Source: an uncultured Alphaproteobacteria bacterium (GTDB taxonomy: Bacteria; Pseudomonadota; Alphaproteobacteria; Rs-D84). Taken from it: a stretch of 64,000 nucleotides of DNA. The notes under the pieces were generated by a model, which made no database searches, had not been told where the DNA came from, and saw nothing but the letters and a program-made list of their open reading frames with translations. The DNA is taken from positions 21,979-85,978 of the forward strand of contig CAKQGH010000004.1 of assembly GCA_934232895.1 (NCBI GenBank), written 5' to 3'. Below, piece after piece: positions 37,482-46,680 of this stretch. Within the stretch, counting starts at the first letter, position 1, and every line of letters begins with the position of its first letter. A program made the position numbers and the translations under genes.

Positions 37482-38692
37482 TTTTTCACAACACGCAGGA
37501 ATGTTTTTTTGCCTTTTTGTACAACAATTTCATCGGCCGGCGCAACAATGTGTTTTGGGTCGGTAATTTTTTCACCATCCAATTGAATGCCGCCCTGTTC
37601 CACATTACGACGCGCCTCGGATTTCGATGTGAACAGCCCCGCCGCGCACAGGAAATCCAAGATACCCATTGCCGCACCAAATTCAATCTGGACAGATGGC
37701 ATATTTTCGGATTTTGCCCCACCGCCGAACAATGCGTCGGCCGCATTTTGCGCCGCCACCGCCGCATCGTGACCGTGCGCAATTTCGGTTGCATTAAACG
37801 CCAACACGCGTTTGACCGCATTCAGTTCCGCGCCACGCGCCGACGCCAGACGTGCGATTTCATCCAATGGAATTTCCGTAAAGATTTTCAAGAATTTTTC
37901 CACCAAATCATCCGGCGTATTGCGGAAATACTGGTAATATTCGTATGGCGATGTCTTATCCTCGTTCACCCAAACGGCATTGCCCGCCGATTTGCCAATT
38001 TTGTTTCCATTGGCATCGGTAATCAATTGCGTTGACAGAACAAAAACCTCTTGCCCCAATTTTTTGCGCACCAGTTCAACCCCCATAACACAGTTGCCCC
38101 ACTGGTCGGCGCCGCACAATTGAACCGTGCATCCATATTTTTTATACAGCGTCAGGAAATCGACCGCCTGGAACGTCATATAGTTAAATTCCAAGAACGT
38201 CATACCGTTTTCCAAACGGCGGCGCACACTTTCCATACCCAGCATACGCGGCACGGTGAAATCGGTACCAAATTCGCGCAGGAAATCCATGTGGCTGTAC
38301 CCCGACATCCAATCGTTATTATCAACCATAACCGCCCCAGTCGGCGAGCCATCAAAATGAATAAATTTTTCAATCGAATGGCGCAGCCCCGCACAGTTAT
38401 GTTCAATTTGCGCATCGGTCAACATTGGGCGTCCCTTGTCCCGACCAGACGGGTCGCCAATGCGCCCGGTTGCACCACCAACCAACGCAATTGGACGATG
38501 GCCATATTTTTGGAACCAACGCATCAACATCAATGATGCCAAATGTCCCACATGCAACGAATCCCCGGTTGGATCGGTTCCCCAATATGCCGTCACATGC
38601 CCCGCATTCAACGCATCATTTAACCCATCCATATTTGATGATTGGTTGATAAAACCGCGCGCCTCTAATTCCTGTAATAATTCGTTTTTCAT
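37478..38692 (-). CDS. tyrS: Tyrosine--tRNA ligase
   Basis: DPTGDSLHVGHL (HIGH), KIGKSAGN (KMSKS-like), C-terminal S4 domain (SEARRNVEQGGIQLDGEKI). Confidence 0.93.
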   Translation of the reverse strand: MKNELLQELEARGFINQSSNMDGLNDALNAGHVTAYWGTDPTGDSLHVGHLASLMLMRWFQKYGHRPIALVGGATGRIGDPSGRDKGRPMLTDAQIEHNCAGLRHSIEKFIHFDGSPTGAVMVDNNDWMSGYSHMDFLREFGTDFTVPRMLGMESVRRRLENGMTFLEFNYMTFQAVDFLTLYKKYGCTVQLCGADQWGNCVMGVELVRKKLGQEVFVLSTQLITDANGNKIGKSAGNAVWVNEDKTSPYEYYQYFRNTPDDLVEKFLKIFTEIPLDEIARLASARGAELNAVKRVLAFNATEIAHGHDAAVAAQNAADALFGGGAKSENMPSVQIEFGAAMGILDFLCAAGLFTSKSEARRNVEQGGIQLDGEKITDPKHIVAPADEIVVQKGKKTFLRVVKK

Positions 38693-38756
38693 ATCTTTTT
38701 CCTTGATTCACATAATGCTAGCAAAGTTTCGTCCCCCGCGCAAATATTTTATCACG

Positions 38757-38844
38757 ACGGCGCGCCGCTGGCGCGCGTCATTACTCTCTGCTCTCTTTAT
38801 CGCGGCGCAGCGTCAGCGGAGACGGATGCGCATTGCTCTCTATG
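38757..38844. repeat. Repeat mosaic 3
   Basis: GCGCGCCGCTGGCGCGC + TCATTACTCTCTGCTCTCT + CAGCGTCAGCGGAGACGGATG matches units at 9740-9775 and 47085-47158. Confidence 0.75.
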
Positions 38845-38893
38845 AAAAAATACCGCCGAACGGCGGTATTTTTTTGTTTGTTCCCAAATGTTG

Positions 38894-39763
38894 TTATGCC
38901 AACATTTTTGCGACTTCATCCGCCAGATTATCTTCGCGTTTCTGGATACCTTCGCCCAGTACGTAATACGCATAACCGGCCAATTTGCCACCATGTTCTG
39001 CAATAACTTCTTTGACGGTTTTGGATGGATCCATAACGAACGGCTGTTCTTCCAGAACGGTTTCCGCATAGTATTTATGGATACGACCCTGAACCATTTT
39101 TTCAACCACAGCCTCTGGTTTGCCAGCGGTTGCGCCAGATTCAATGAACACTTTCTTTTCGCGTTCAACGGCGGCCGGGTCAACATCGGCAATTGTCATA
39201 AATTCAGGTTTGTTTGCCGCGATGTGCATTGCAATTTTATTGCCGATTTCGTCGATTTTTTCGGAATCGCCATCAATTGCAACCGCAACACCAATCTGGC
39301 CCATGCCTGGAACCAATGCATTGTGGATGTATGTGTAAATATGTTGACCCGAAACGCGCGCAATACGACGCAGGTTCATATTTTCACCAATTGTGGAAAT
39401 GGTCGCCGCAATGTCGTCTTTGACCGCCGCCATTGTCGCTTCAAAATCGCCATTCAATTCCAATGCCTTGGCCGCAACATCGGCAACCAATTTCTGGAAT
39501 TTGTCGTTTTTCGCAACAAAGTCTGTTTCGGCGTTCAATTCAACAACGCAACCCATATTGTCGCATTTTACAACGGTCACCAATCCCGATGCCGCAACAC
39601 GGCCGGCCTTGGATGCCGCCTTGACAATACCTTTCTGGCGCAACCAATCGGCCGCGGCCTCGATATCGCCATTTGATTCAACCAATGCTTTTTTGCAATC
39701 CATCATACCTGCGGATGTTTTTTCACGCAGTTCTTGAATCATTTTTGCGGTTACTTCTGCCAT
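38894..39763 (-). CDS. tsf: Translation elongation factor Ts
   Basis: MAEVTAKMIQELREKTSAGMMDCKKALVESNGDIEAAADWLRQKG is a UBA-like N-terminus. Classic tsf-rpsB pair. Confidence 0.95.
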   Translation of the reverse strand: MAEVTAKMIQELREKTSAGMMDCKKALVESNGDIEAAADWLRQKGIVKAASKAGRVAASGLVTVVKCDNMGCVVELNAETDFVAKNDKFQKLVADVAAKALELNGDFEATMAAVKDDIAATISTIGENMNLRRIARVSGQHIYTYIHNALVPGMGQIGVAVAIDGDSEKIDEIGNKIAMHIAANKPEFMTIADVDPAAVEREKKVFIESGATAGKPEAVVEKMVQGRIHKYYAETVLEEQPFVMDPSKTVKEVIAEHGGKLAGYAYYVLGEGIQKREDNLADEVAKMLA

Positions 39764-39792
39764 TGTTTTCCCCCATGTATTATGTGTTTATA

Positions 39793-40638
39793 TTATTTGT
39801 CGGCTTTGTCGGCCAATTTGCCACGACGTTCCGCGCGTGCTTCAGATGTTTTGGACTTCTGGCGCGCTTCTTTGTCCTTGGTATCGGCTTCGAAATCATC
39901 GGCCGCAGACATATCTGCTTCGGCTTTTTTACCAGCCGCACCGCCCAAACGTTTTTCAATACCAGACAAAATGGCGTCTACGAACAGGTCGCAATACAAT
40001 TGTGTTGCGCGTGCCGCGTCATCGTTGCCCGGAATTGGGTAATCAACCATTTCAGGATTCGCGTTTGTATCGCAGATGGCGATTGTCGGAATGTCCAAAT
40101 TGCGCGCTTCGCGAACAGCATTCATTTCGCGTGGCACATCAATAACAATCATCGCCTGGGGCGTGCCGTGCATTTCCAAAATACCGCCAAAGATTTCACG
40201 CAGTTTTTCAACTTCTTTGGTCATAACGCCAACTTCTTTCTTGGTCAAGCCCAATTTTTCGGCGTTTGCAATGTCGGATTCCATCTTTTTCAGACGGCGG
40301 ATAGACTGGGAAACGGTCGTCCAGTTTGTCAGCATACCACCCAACCAGCGGTTGTTGACATAATATTGACCACAGCGTTCGGCCGCATCTTTGACAATGT
40401 CTTTGGCCTGGTGCTTGGTTGCAACGAACAGAACCTTGCCACCGGCGGCCGCAATAGCTTCCAATGCGACCAGTGCGCGATACATCAACGGCGCAGTTTT
40501 GTTCAAATTGATGATGTGAATTTTATCTTTGACCCCATAAACATACGGTGTCATCAACGGGTTCCAGCGACGTGTGTGGTGACCAAAATGGACGCCCGCT
40601 TCCATCAACTGTTTCATAGTAAATGTTGGCAATGCCAT
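39793..40638 (-). CDS. rpsB: 30S ribosomal protein S2
   Basis: Start at MALPTFTMKQLMEAGVHFGHHTRRWNP (AAGGA RBS). Charged C-terminal tail. Confidence 0.95.
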   Translation of the reverse strand: MALPTFTMKQLMEAGVHFGHHTRRWNPLMTPYVYGVKDKIHIINLNKTAPLMYRALVALEAIAAAGGKVLFVATKHQAKDIVKDAAERCGQYYVNNRWLGGMLTNWTTVSQSIRRLKKMESDIANAEKLGLTKKEVGVMTKEVEKLREIFGGILEMHGTPQAMIVIDVPREMNAVREARNLDIPTIAICDTNANPEMVDYPIPGNDDAARATQLYCDLFVDAILSGIEKRLGGAAGKKAEADMSAADDFEADTKDKEARQKSKTSEARAERRGKLADKADK

Positions 40639-40863
40639 GATTTTATCCTTTTTTCTGTTGTTATCCTCGCCGTGGGCACCAGACCAGATTTTATCAATCC
40701 AGACAGAAATTTTGTCCAACGGTTGTGTTCTTCACGCATCGGCGTGTAGCCCGATAATAGAACAATTCCCCAATAAAATCAAGGAAAATTTAATGATTTG
40801 AATATAAACCCACCCAGCAAAAGAAAAGTTGACAAATATTTTTTATGTGCTAATAATCTAGGT

Positions 40864-42678
40864 ATGAAGTCAAGGAACGGATTCTTTGCAATTATTATTT
40901 GTTTGGCCATATTTTGCCGTACGGCGATGGCCGGCGATTGCAGCGATACAAAATACCGTGGAAACAATCCGATTGAATGCCAATTTTTCATTGATGGCGC
41001 AACATCATTTTTTGGCACGGCGGGACTGGTCGGCGGCGCATTGGCGCTGGTTGGCATATCTATGTCGGGCGGTGGCGACAATGGTACCGCGGGCCCGTCA
41101 CAACCTACATTGACCGTGCCCGCCTATGTCGGCGATGACATCAGTGCCGCAGAACTGGCCGGTGTTATGCAAAACGCATCGTACGCCCGCAATATGGACC
41201 AATATAATAATATCCGCCTGGCGTGGTCACTGGCGCGCGGATACACCGGGCGCGGCACAACAATCGCGGTACTAGACGCCGGGGCCGACACATGGCACGG
41301 GAAAACCGTGGCATCATTTGCGTCGGGCGCAATTGCCCCAGACGTCAATGTTGTGCAATATAAAATCGTTGATGAAAATATGAAATTTTTATCATACCGC
41401 GAAATAGGCAACGCAATTGCCAGCGCAACGGAGGCAAATGTATATAATTCCAGTTGGGCCGTGTCAATGTCCGCAACCAGCTTAACATCGCGCGCGCAAC
41501 TGGAACGCGTGACCGACAAACATTTTGTTGATGAAATATCCGCCGCCGCGCGCACGCGCGACGCCATATTTGTGTGGGCGGCCGGGAACGATGGGCTGTC
41601 CCAATCCAGTGCCCTGTCCGCCATGCCCCGCGTTATTCCCGAATTAAATGGCCATTTTGTAAATGTTGTTGCGTTTGACGATGCAACGGGGGCGCTGGCC
41701 GATTACAGCAACGCATGCGGCATCACGCGTGATTGGTGCATAACCGCGCCGGGGTCACTGCACACCGATTACACGACGGCCCATGGCACCAGTTTTGCCG
41801 CCCCGGTTGTATCGGCGGCAATCGCCGTTTTGCGCCAGGCATTTCCATATATGACCGCATCACAAATAACATCACTGTTGTTCGAAACCGCGCGCGATCT
41901 GGGGGCACCCGGGGTTGACGATGTATATGGTCACGGTATGTTGGATTTGGAACGCGCAACCCGCCCCGTTGGCGCCGCATTGGTACCAATTGGCGGCACA
42001 ATGCAACCGTTGGCCGTGGCACGCGTATCGGGGCAAATTGCACATAATATAAAATCCGCCAATCCGCAATTTGCATTCTTTGATGAATACGGCCGCGCAT
42101 TTTCAGCGGACATATCCGAAAATATCACCATTCAAAACCAGTCCCAGGCGTGGCGGCATCTGCACGGAAATGACGACATTGTGGCCACGGCCGCGGGCAA
42201 TTTTGAATTTGGGTTCCGCGACATGGATTTTTTACCGGCCGACGGCCTGTTCGGCATTGGCGATAAAAATTTCATCAGTTTTGTATCCACCGCCCGCCAA
42301 TGGAAATTGGACAACATAACATTATTTCAAACGGCATCGGTTGGTATGGGCCGCCCACATACGAACGACAATTCGATGATTACCGATATTTCCGGAATAA
42401 CAACCGCATCGGCGGCAATTGGCGCACGCGGCCGCGATTGGCAATTTGCACTGCGCATACCAGACACAATTATTTCCGGCAATATGACCATGCACACCCC
42501 GGTTGGTCGCATGGCAGACGGCGCCATTGTGTACAATGATTATACCATAGATTTATCGGCCACCCGTCCGTCGGTTGAATTCACCGCCAAATATAAATTT
42601 TTAACCGCCGGATTTGTTGATAACCCATACGGCACCGATGAATTATTCGTTGTCGGCCGTTGGAACATACGATTCTAG
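40864..42678 (+). CDS. S8 (subtilisin-like) serine peptidase, secreted, with a beta-rich C-terminal domain ending in Phe
   Basis: Signal peptide MKSRNGFFAIIICLAIFCRTAMA. Catalytic D (IAVLDAGAD), H (WHGKTVASF), S (HGTSFAAPVVSAA). C-terminus ...LFVVGRWNIRF suggests an autotransporter or OMP-like anchor. Confidence 0.8.
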   Translation: MKSRNGFFAIIICLAIFCRTAMAGDCSDTKYRGNNPIECQFFIDGATSFFGTAGLVGGALALVGISMSGGGDNGTAGPSQPTLTVPAYVGDDISAAELAGVMQNASYARNMDQYNNIRLAWSLARGYTGRGTTIAVLDAGADTWHGKTVASFASGAIAPDVNVVQYKIVDENMKFLSYREIGNAIASATEANVYNSSWAVSMSATSLTSRAQLERVTDKHFVDEISAAARTRDAIFVWAAGNDGLSQSSALSAMPRVIPELNGHFVNVVAFDDATGALADYSNACGITRDWCITAPGSLHTDYTTAHGTSFAAPVVSAAIAVLRQAFPYMTASQITSLLFETARDLGAPGVDDVYGHGMLDLERATRPVGAALVPIGGTMQPLAVARVSGQIAHNIKSANPQFAFFDEYGRAFSADISENITIQNQSQAWRHLHGNDDIVATAAGNFEFGFRDMDFLPADGLFGIGDKNFISFVSTARQWKLDNITLFQTASVGMGRPHTNDNSMITDISGITTASAAIGARGRDWQFALRIPDTIISGNMTMHTPVGRMADGAIVYNDYTIDLSATRPSVEFTAKYKFLTAGFVDNPYGTDELFVVGRWNIRF

Positions 42679-43284
42679 GTATTCGGCATGCAACCGGTGC
42701 CGTATTTTCAAAAACCGATTTAATGTATCGCGATGCACGCCCAGGCGCCGTGCAATTTTTGATTTGGCGCGCCCGTCACACAATTTTTGCAATATATATT
42801 CCTCGCGGCTTATCAGTTTTGACATACTTTTACTGCCCGTGGGGCGCCCAATGCGCCCACCCTGGGACCGCACACGGGCCAACGCCTCTTTGGTGCGCTG
42901 GGATATTAAATTTCGTTCGATTTCCGCAGACAACCCAAATGCAAAAGCCAAAACCTTGCTGGTAATATCCGAGCCCAATCGATAATTATCTTTGATTGTC
43001 CAAATTTTTGCGCCAACATCCATACAGTGATGCAAAATACTCATTACCTGCAACAAATTTCGGCCCAAACGCGACAATTCCGATGCTATTATCATATCGT
43101 CTTTGCGCAATTGTTGCAGCAATCGCCCCAGTTTACGTTTTGATAATTCCTTGGTTGATGAAATTGTTTCTTCTATCCAGCAATCTATGATTAAATCCTG
43201 TTTTTTACAAAATCGCTCTATTTCAAAATGTTGATTTTCTGTTGTCTGGTGATCGGTGGAAACGCGAACATACCCGTATATCAC
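42643..43284 (-). CDS. Serine site-specific recombinase (resolvase/invertase family, Hin/Gin-like size)
   Basis: MIYGYVRVSTDHQTTENQ holds the catalytic Ser. SRLGRN and ERNLISQRTKEALA are present. C-terminal HTH (GRAKSKIARRLGVHRDTLNRFLK). AAGGAG RBS. The last 36 nt overlap the 3' end of the convergent S8 gene. Confidence 0.85.
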   Translation of the reverse strand: MIYGYVRVSTDHQTTENQHFEIERFCKKQDLIIDCWIEETISSTKELSKRKLGRLLQQLRKDDMIIASELSRLGRNLLQVMSILHHCMDVGAKIWTIKDNYRLGSDITSKVLAFAFGLSAEIERNLISQRTKEALARVRSQGGRIGRPTGSKSMSKLISREEYILQKLCDGRAKSKIARRLGVHRDTLNRFLKIRHRLHAEYLESYVPTADNE

Positions 43285-43472
43285 ATTAAACTCCTTGGAT
43301 TATCGTTTCTGTATATAAAACAACGAATATACACCAGGAAATTTTTCCGCGCGCGCCGCGGCCAAATAAAAATTTGCCACCGCCCATACAAAAAACGGGT
43401 GCACAACATCGCACCCGCAGAATTCAAGACATTACAAAATAATTACCGGCACACATTGCCGCGTTTTTTTGA

Positions 43473-44345
43473 TTACATCAAATCAAATTTAGTAATGTAA
43501 TTGAACGAAACACCCAGCATAAAATTGCTGCCGTATACATCGGCACCGCGCGCCTTGGCCAAACGATATTTCAAATACGGTCCCATGGTTAAATCGCCCC
43601 ACAAATTAGTATCCAGACGCAACACAGCGTTCAAATCGCGTTTCAGGTCGGTTTTCACATAATCAGAATAGTTAAAATATTCACGATAATAACCACTGGT
43701 AGATATTTTCACCCCATCACGCACGGTATATTCGGCGCGCCATCCGGCCTCGGCACCGGTTTTGCTGGTTTGTTCGCCGGCGTATGTGAAATCATATTCG
43801 TACAGCCCCGTCACATACAGGCTTTTCAATATTTTATGGTCAAACAGCGATAAACCGCCACTGGCACGGATAATATTCTGGCGCGGTGCATCGGGATTAT
43901 CGCGAAATTGGGTATCGTATGCGCCACGAACCGTCGGACCAAATTTTAACCCACCAAATTCCCAGCACGCGTATGACAAATCACTGGATGCGATGATTTT
44001 ATCGGCATTTTGGTCGGTTGTGGTTGGGCCATCATACGGGCGCAATGTTGTTTTACCGTATTCCGCATACAGACCGTTATCCCATTTGAATTTGTTTTTA
44101 TTGTATTCCAAAACGGTATCAAACACGCCCTTGATATAATCCTGGCTGGATGCATTCAGGGCCGACACCGGAGAATCTGCATATTCACGGGCATTTTTTA
44201 CCGATGTTTTGGATAATTCCAAACCTATGCGGCGAATGTCCAGTTTTAACGACGGCGCCCCCGCATCCGTCGCGGCATCATCCGCACGCGATGCACACGG
44301 CATTAAAACAATGGCAATCAACCCTGCTAGCAATATCTTGTTCAT
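43473..44345 (-). CDS. DUF3078-like outer-membrane beta-barrel protein
   Basis: Signal peptide MNKILLAGLIAIVLMPCASRA. Alternating beta-strand pattern with LSYACWEFGGLKFGPTVRGAYDTQF and GLYEYDFTY. Ends ...GVSFNYITKFDLM. Confidence 0.6.
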   Translation of the reverse strand: MNKILLAGLIAIVLMPCASRADDAATDAGAPSLKLDIRRIGLELSKTSVKNAREYADSPVSALNASSQDYIKGVFDTVLEYNKNKFKWDNGLYAEYGKTTLRPYDGPTTTDQNADKIIASSDLSYACWEFGGLKFGPTVRGAYDTQFRDNPDAPRQNIIRASGGLSLFDHKILKSLYVTGLYEYDFTYAGEQTSKTGAEAGWRAEYTVRDGVKISTSGYYREYFNYSDYVKTDLKRDLNAVLRLDTNLWGDLTMGPYLKYRLAKARGADVYGSNFMLGVSFNYITKFDLM

Positions 44346-44360
44346 ATTTTCACCCCACGA

Positions 44361-44984
44361 CTATTTTGAAATTCGCAACACACCATTGTCATCGGCATAT
44401 TTCCACCCGGCCGCGCGCAATGCGGCGGTGAATTCACCACGGGTCGCCACCGGCAATTCAATCGTAGCCGTGGTGGCATCAATGTATTTGGTTGCCAAAT
44501 CTATTTTTTCGGCACGCGCAATTTCCTGTAAATTTGCCCAGTTTGCAATCGGGTCGGTCATATTTGCAACAACCGTAAATTTATCACCCCCCGATGACGC
44601 CGGCATCCAGTTTTGCACGCCCGTCGCATTCATCCAATTTGTTGCCGCCGCATTATCAATAACCATGGTGATATTTGCGGAATATGTTGTATCAGATTGT
44701 TGTTCCCCAGAAATATTGGTTGCCCCAATCAGATTCATTAAGTCGGCATTCGTCGCCGCACCAATTGCATCGCGCAATTGATCAGGCATAGAATATTGCG
44801 ACAATTTTTCAAACAGAATTTGACGACGCGCCTCGTCCATGGCAATGGTCTTGGCCGCGGCGGCGGTTTCACTGGTAATATTTACCGATGCCGTACCCGA
44901 CAACGGCGCGGCATTCGCCGCGGTTGCCATAACGCCAACCAGTCCACAAATCGCGCACAAAAATTTTGACATAACACCCATCAT
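44361..44984 (-). CDS. Secreted/periplasmic protein of unknown function
   Basis: Signal peptide (M)SKFLCAICGLVGVMATAANA. 1-nt start/stop overlap with the upstream OMP gene. The start may instead be 44972. Confidence 0.6.
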   Translation of the reverse strand: MMGVMSKFLCAICGLVGVMATAANAAPLSGTASVNITSETAAAAKTIAMDEARRQILFEKLSQYSMPDQLRDAIGAATNADLMNLIGATNISGEQQSDTTYSANITMVIDNAAATNWMNATGVQNWMPASSGGDKFTVVANMTDPIANWANLQEIARAEKIDLATKYIDATTATIELPVATRGEFTAALRAAGWKYADDNGVLRISK

Positions 44985-46483
44985 TAAAACTTTGCGTTGA
45001 TTCCAACACGAATTCCCATGGATTTATAGAACGATTTAACCTCGTTTTCCGCCGTACAGGTCCAACCACTGCACTGCGATTCCAAATCCTTGATATTTAT
45101 CGCAACCGGGTCGCCGTTTGTTGGATCCAAAATGTCATCCAAACTTTTACCGGCCTCGGTCCACGCCTTTTCACGCGCCGCATACAACGAATCGTAATAC
45201 GAACCGTTCAGGTATGTTTTTGCCTCGGCATCGCTGACGGTATAGTAATCGTATGTCAGTCCCACCGACAACGACACTGTATTTGTTATTGCGGTCACCC
45301 AATTTGTCCCAAAACCCAGGTGCAGACCACTAGCCATACCCGCACTGTCTTCCACACTTTTTGGATGTGCCCAATCCAAACGATATGGCTGGTCACCCGT
45401 GGCGGTATACCCCGGCAGTCCCAATTCCACACGTCCATTGATGGAATTATTTTGGTTTATTGTGTAATCCATATCCAATGCAACATACGGGCCCGACCAT
45501 TCAACCTCGTACGAATGGGATGTGCCCGGTTGTTCATAGTAATATGAACCCTCGCTGCTTATCCATTCGGCGCCGGACGCCACTTGCATTTGGCCGGTTA
45601 AACTGTCGCGCCAGATAATCTGTTGCTGGCCATCCGACAAATGAATAACAATTGCCGGGTCACATTGAATTTCGTCACTGCCATCAACCCGGAAACATGC
45701 CGCCGTATCAACCGACAGACCATAATTATTTTTCGTTTCCAGTTTATATTTCAAATACCGATACCCAATCGACGGCGTGATTTTCACATTGCCCCACTTG
45801 AAAAAGTCGGTCAATCCAAACCCGATATTAAATCCCATCATATTGCCGCCACTGCTGGTGCCAACAGATAACGCGTGCCCAATTTGGTTGCCAATGATGT
45901 TGTCGCTGCTGTCAACCCAGGTGGTGACCAAATATCCGCCATTGGTAATATCGTCGTCGACCATGGAACTGTCGCCAGATTGAATACCGTATCTAAATCC
46001 GGCATCAATTTGCATCTTGGTATTGCCACCAAACACATATCCGCCGCGCATATCCAACACATTCCACCCAATATTGTCATAGTGCAATATTGATGCGGAC
46101 TGCTTCATTTCAAATTGCCACTGGGCAAATTCGTGTGAAATGCCGGCATCAACCCAAAATCCTTGTTTTTTCCCGGTATTATTTGCGGTGTTCGCACTGT
46201 TTGTGGTGCGCGCATATTGTGTTTGCGTGGTGCGCGTGCCAACAACCGGCCGCGTTGACGAGTATGACGAAAAATTACCACTGTTGCTGTACCCGGTGTT
46301 ATAATTTCTGGACTGCGTATTTGTGTTGTAATTGCTGTATCCGCGTTGGGCGTATGTTTGGGTGTTATATCGTGACTGGGGCGATTGATAATTGCCATTA
46401 TAATATGTGCCCGCCGCATTGGCCGCAACCGGAGCAAACGCAACCAGCGATGCCCGCAACAAAAATCGTGGTAATTTTGTCAT
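44984..46483 (-). CDS. Outer-membrane beta-barrel protein with an N-terminal Asn/Gln/Tyr/Ser-rich low-complexity region (possibly omptin-like)
   Basis: Signal peptide MTKLPRFLLRASLVAFAPVAANA. ~90-aa region YYNGNYQSPQSRYNTQTYAQRGYSNYNTNTQSRNYNTGYSNSGNFSSYSS. Barrel ending ...GIRVGINAKF. Asp-rich MVDDDITNGGY loop. Confidence 0.6.
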   Translation of the reverse strand: MTKLPRFLLRASLVAFAPVAANAAGTYYNGNYQSPQSRYNTQTYAQRGYSNYNTNTQSRNYNTGYSNSGNFSSYSSTRPVVGTRTTQTQYARTTNSANTANNTGKKQGFWVDAGISHEFAQWQFEMKQSASILHYDNIGWNVLDMRGGYVFGGNTKMQIDAGFRYGIQSGDSSMVDDDITNGGYLVTTWVDSSDNIIGNQIGHALSVGTSSGGNMMGFNIGFGLTDFFKWGNVKITPSIGYRYLKYKLETKNNYGLSVDTAACFRVDGSDEIQCDPAIVIHLSDGQQQIIWRDSLTGQMQVASGAEWISSEGSYYYEQPGTSHSYEVEWSGPYVALDMDYTINQNNSINGRVELGLPGYTATGDQPYRLDWAHPKSVEDSAGMASGLHLGFGTNWVTAITNTVSLSVGLTYDYYTVSDAEAKTYLNGSYYDSLYAAREKAWTEAGKSLDDILDPTNGDPVAINIKDLESQCSGWTCTAENEVKSFYKSMGIRVGINAKF

Positions 46484-46586
46484 AGAAAATCCTTACCTTT
46501 CCATTTTTTCACATATATATTATCATAAAAAAGGTTGAAAAACAAACATCAACTTGATAAGAATATAGCCAAGTTTTTGATTTGCC

Positions 46587-46671
46587 GCGGGCATGGCGGA
46601 ATTGGTATACGCGCAGCACTAAGGATGCTGTGGAGCAATCCTTGGGGGTTCAAGTCCCCCTGCCCGCACCA
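46587..46671 (+). tRNA. tRNA-Leu (type II, long variable arm); anticodon reads AAG
   Basis: GCGGGCATGGCGGAATTGGTATACGCGCAGCACTAAGGATGCTGTGGAGCAATCCTTGGGGGTTCAAGTCCCCCTGCCCGCACCA. Anticodon stem CAGCA/TGCTG, loop CTAAGGA, 14-nt variable arm, encoded CCA. Confidence 0.85.
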
Positions 46672-46680
46672 AAAACCAAA

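Noticed and set aside
39673-40749. 358-aa + strand ORF, with similar long antisense ORFs at 23589..24518, 37322..38035, 38888..39676, 18430..19851 and 10526..11227
   Set aside because: Each lies antisense to a gene with unmistakable homology (rpsB/tsf, OmpA-family gene, tyrS, autotransporter, rho). Their translations are low-complexity or Arg/Cys/His-rich with no motifs. They are shadow ORFs of the real genes.
42585-43380. Inverted repeats flanking the recombinase gene itself (AAATTTTTAACCGCCGG at ~42590 versus CCGCGGCCAAATAAAAATTT at ~43355), and a hix-like string TTTTCAAAAACCGATTTAAT at ~42695
   Set aside because: Only ~9 contiguous matching bases plus scattered identities. The sequences do not resemble the A-tract/CGGTGG/T-tract switch sites. 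The hix-like string lies inside the recombinase HTH coding region. Evidence is insufficient for a self-inverting cassette.
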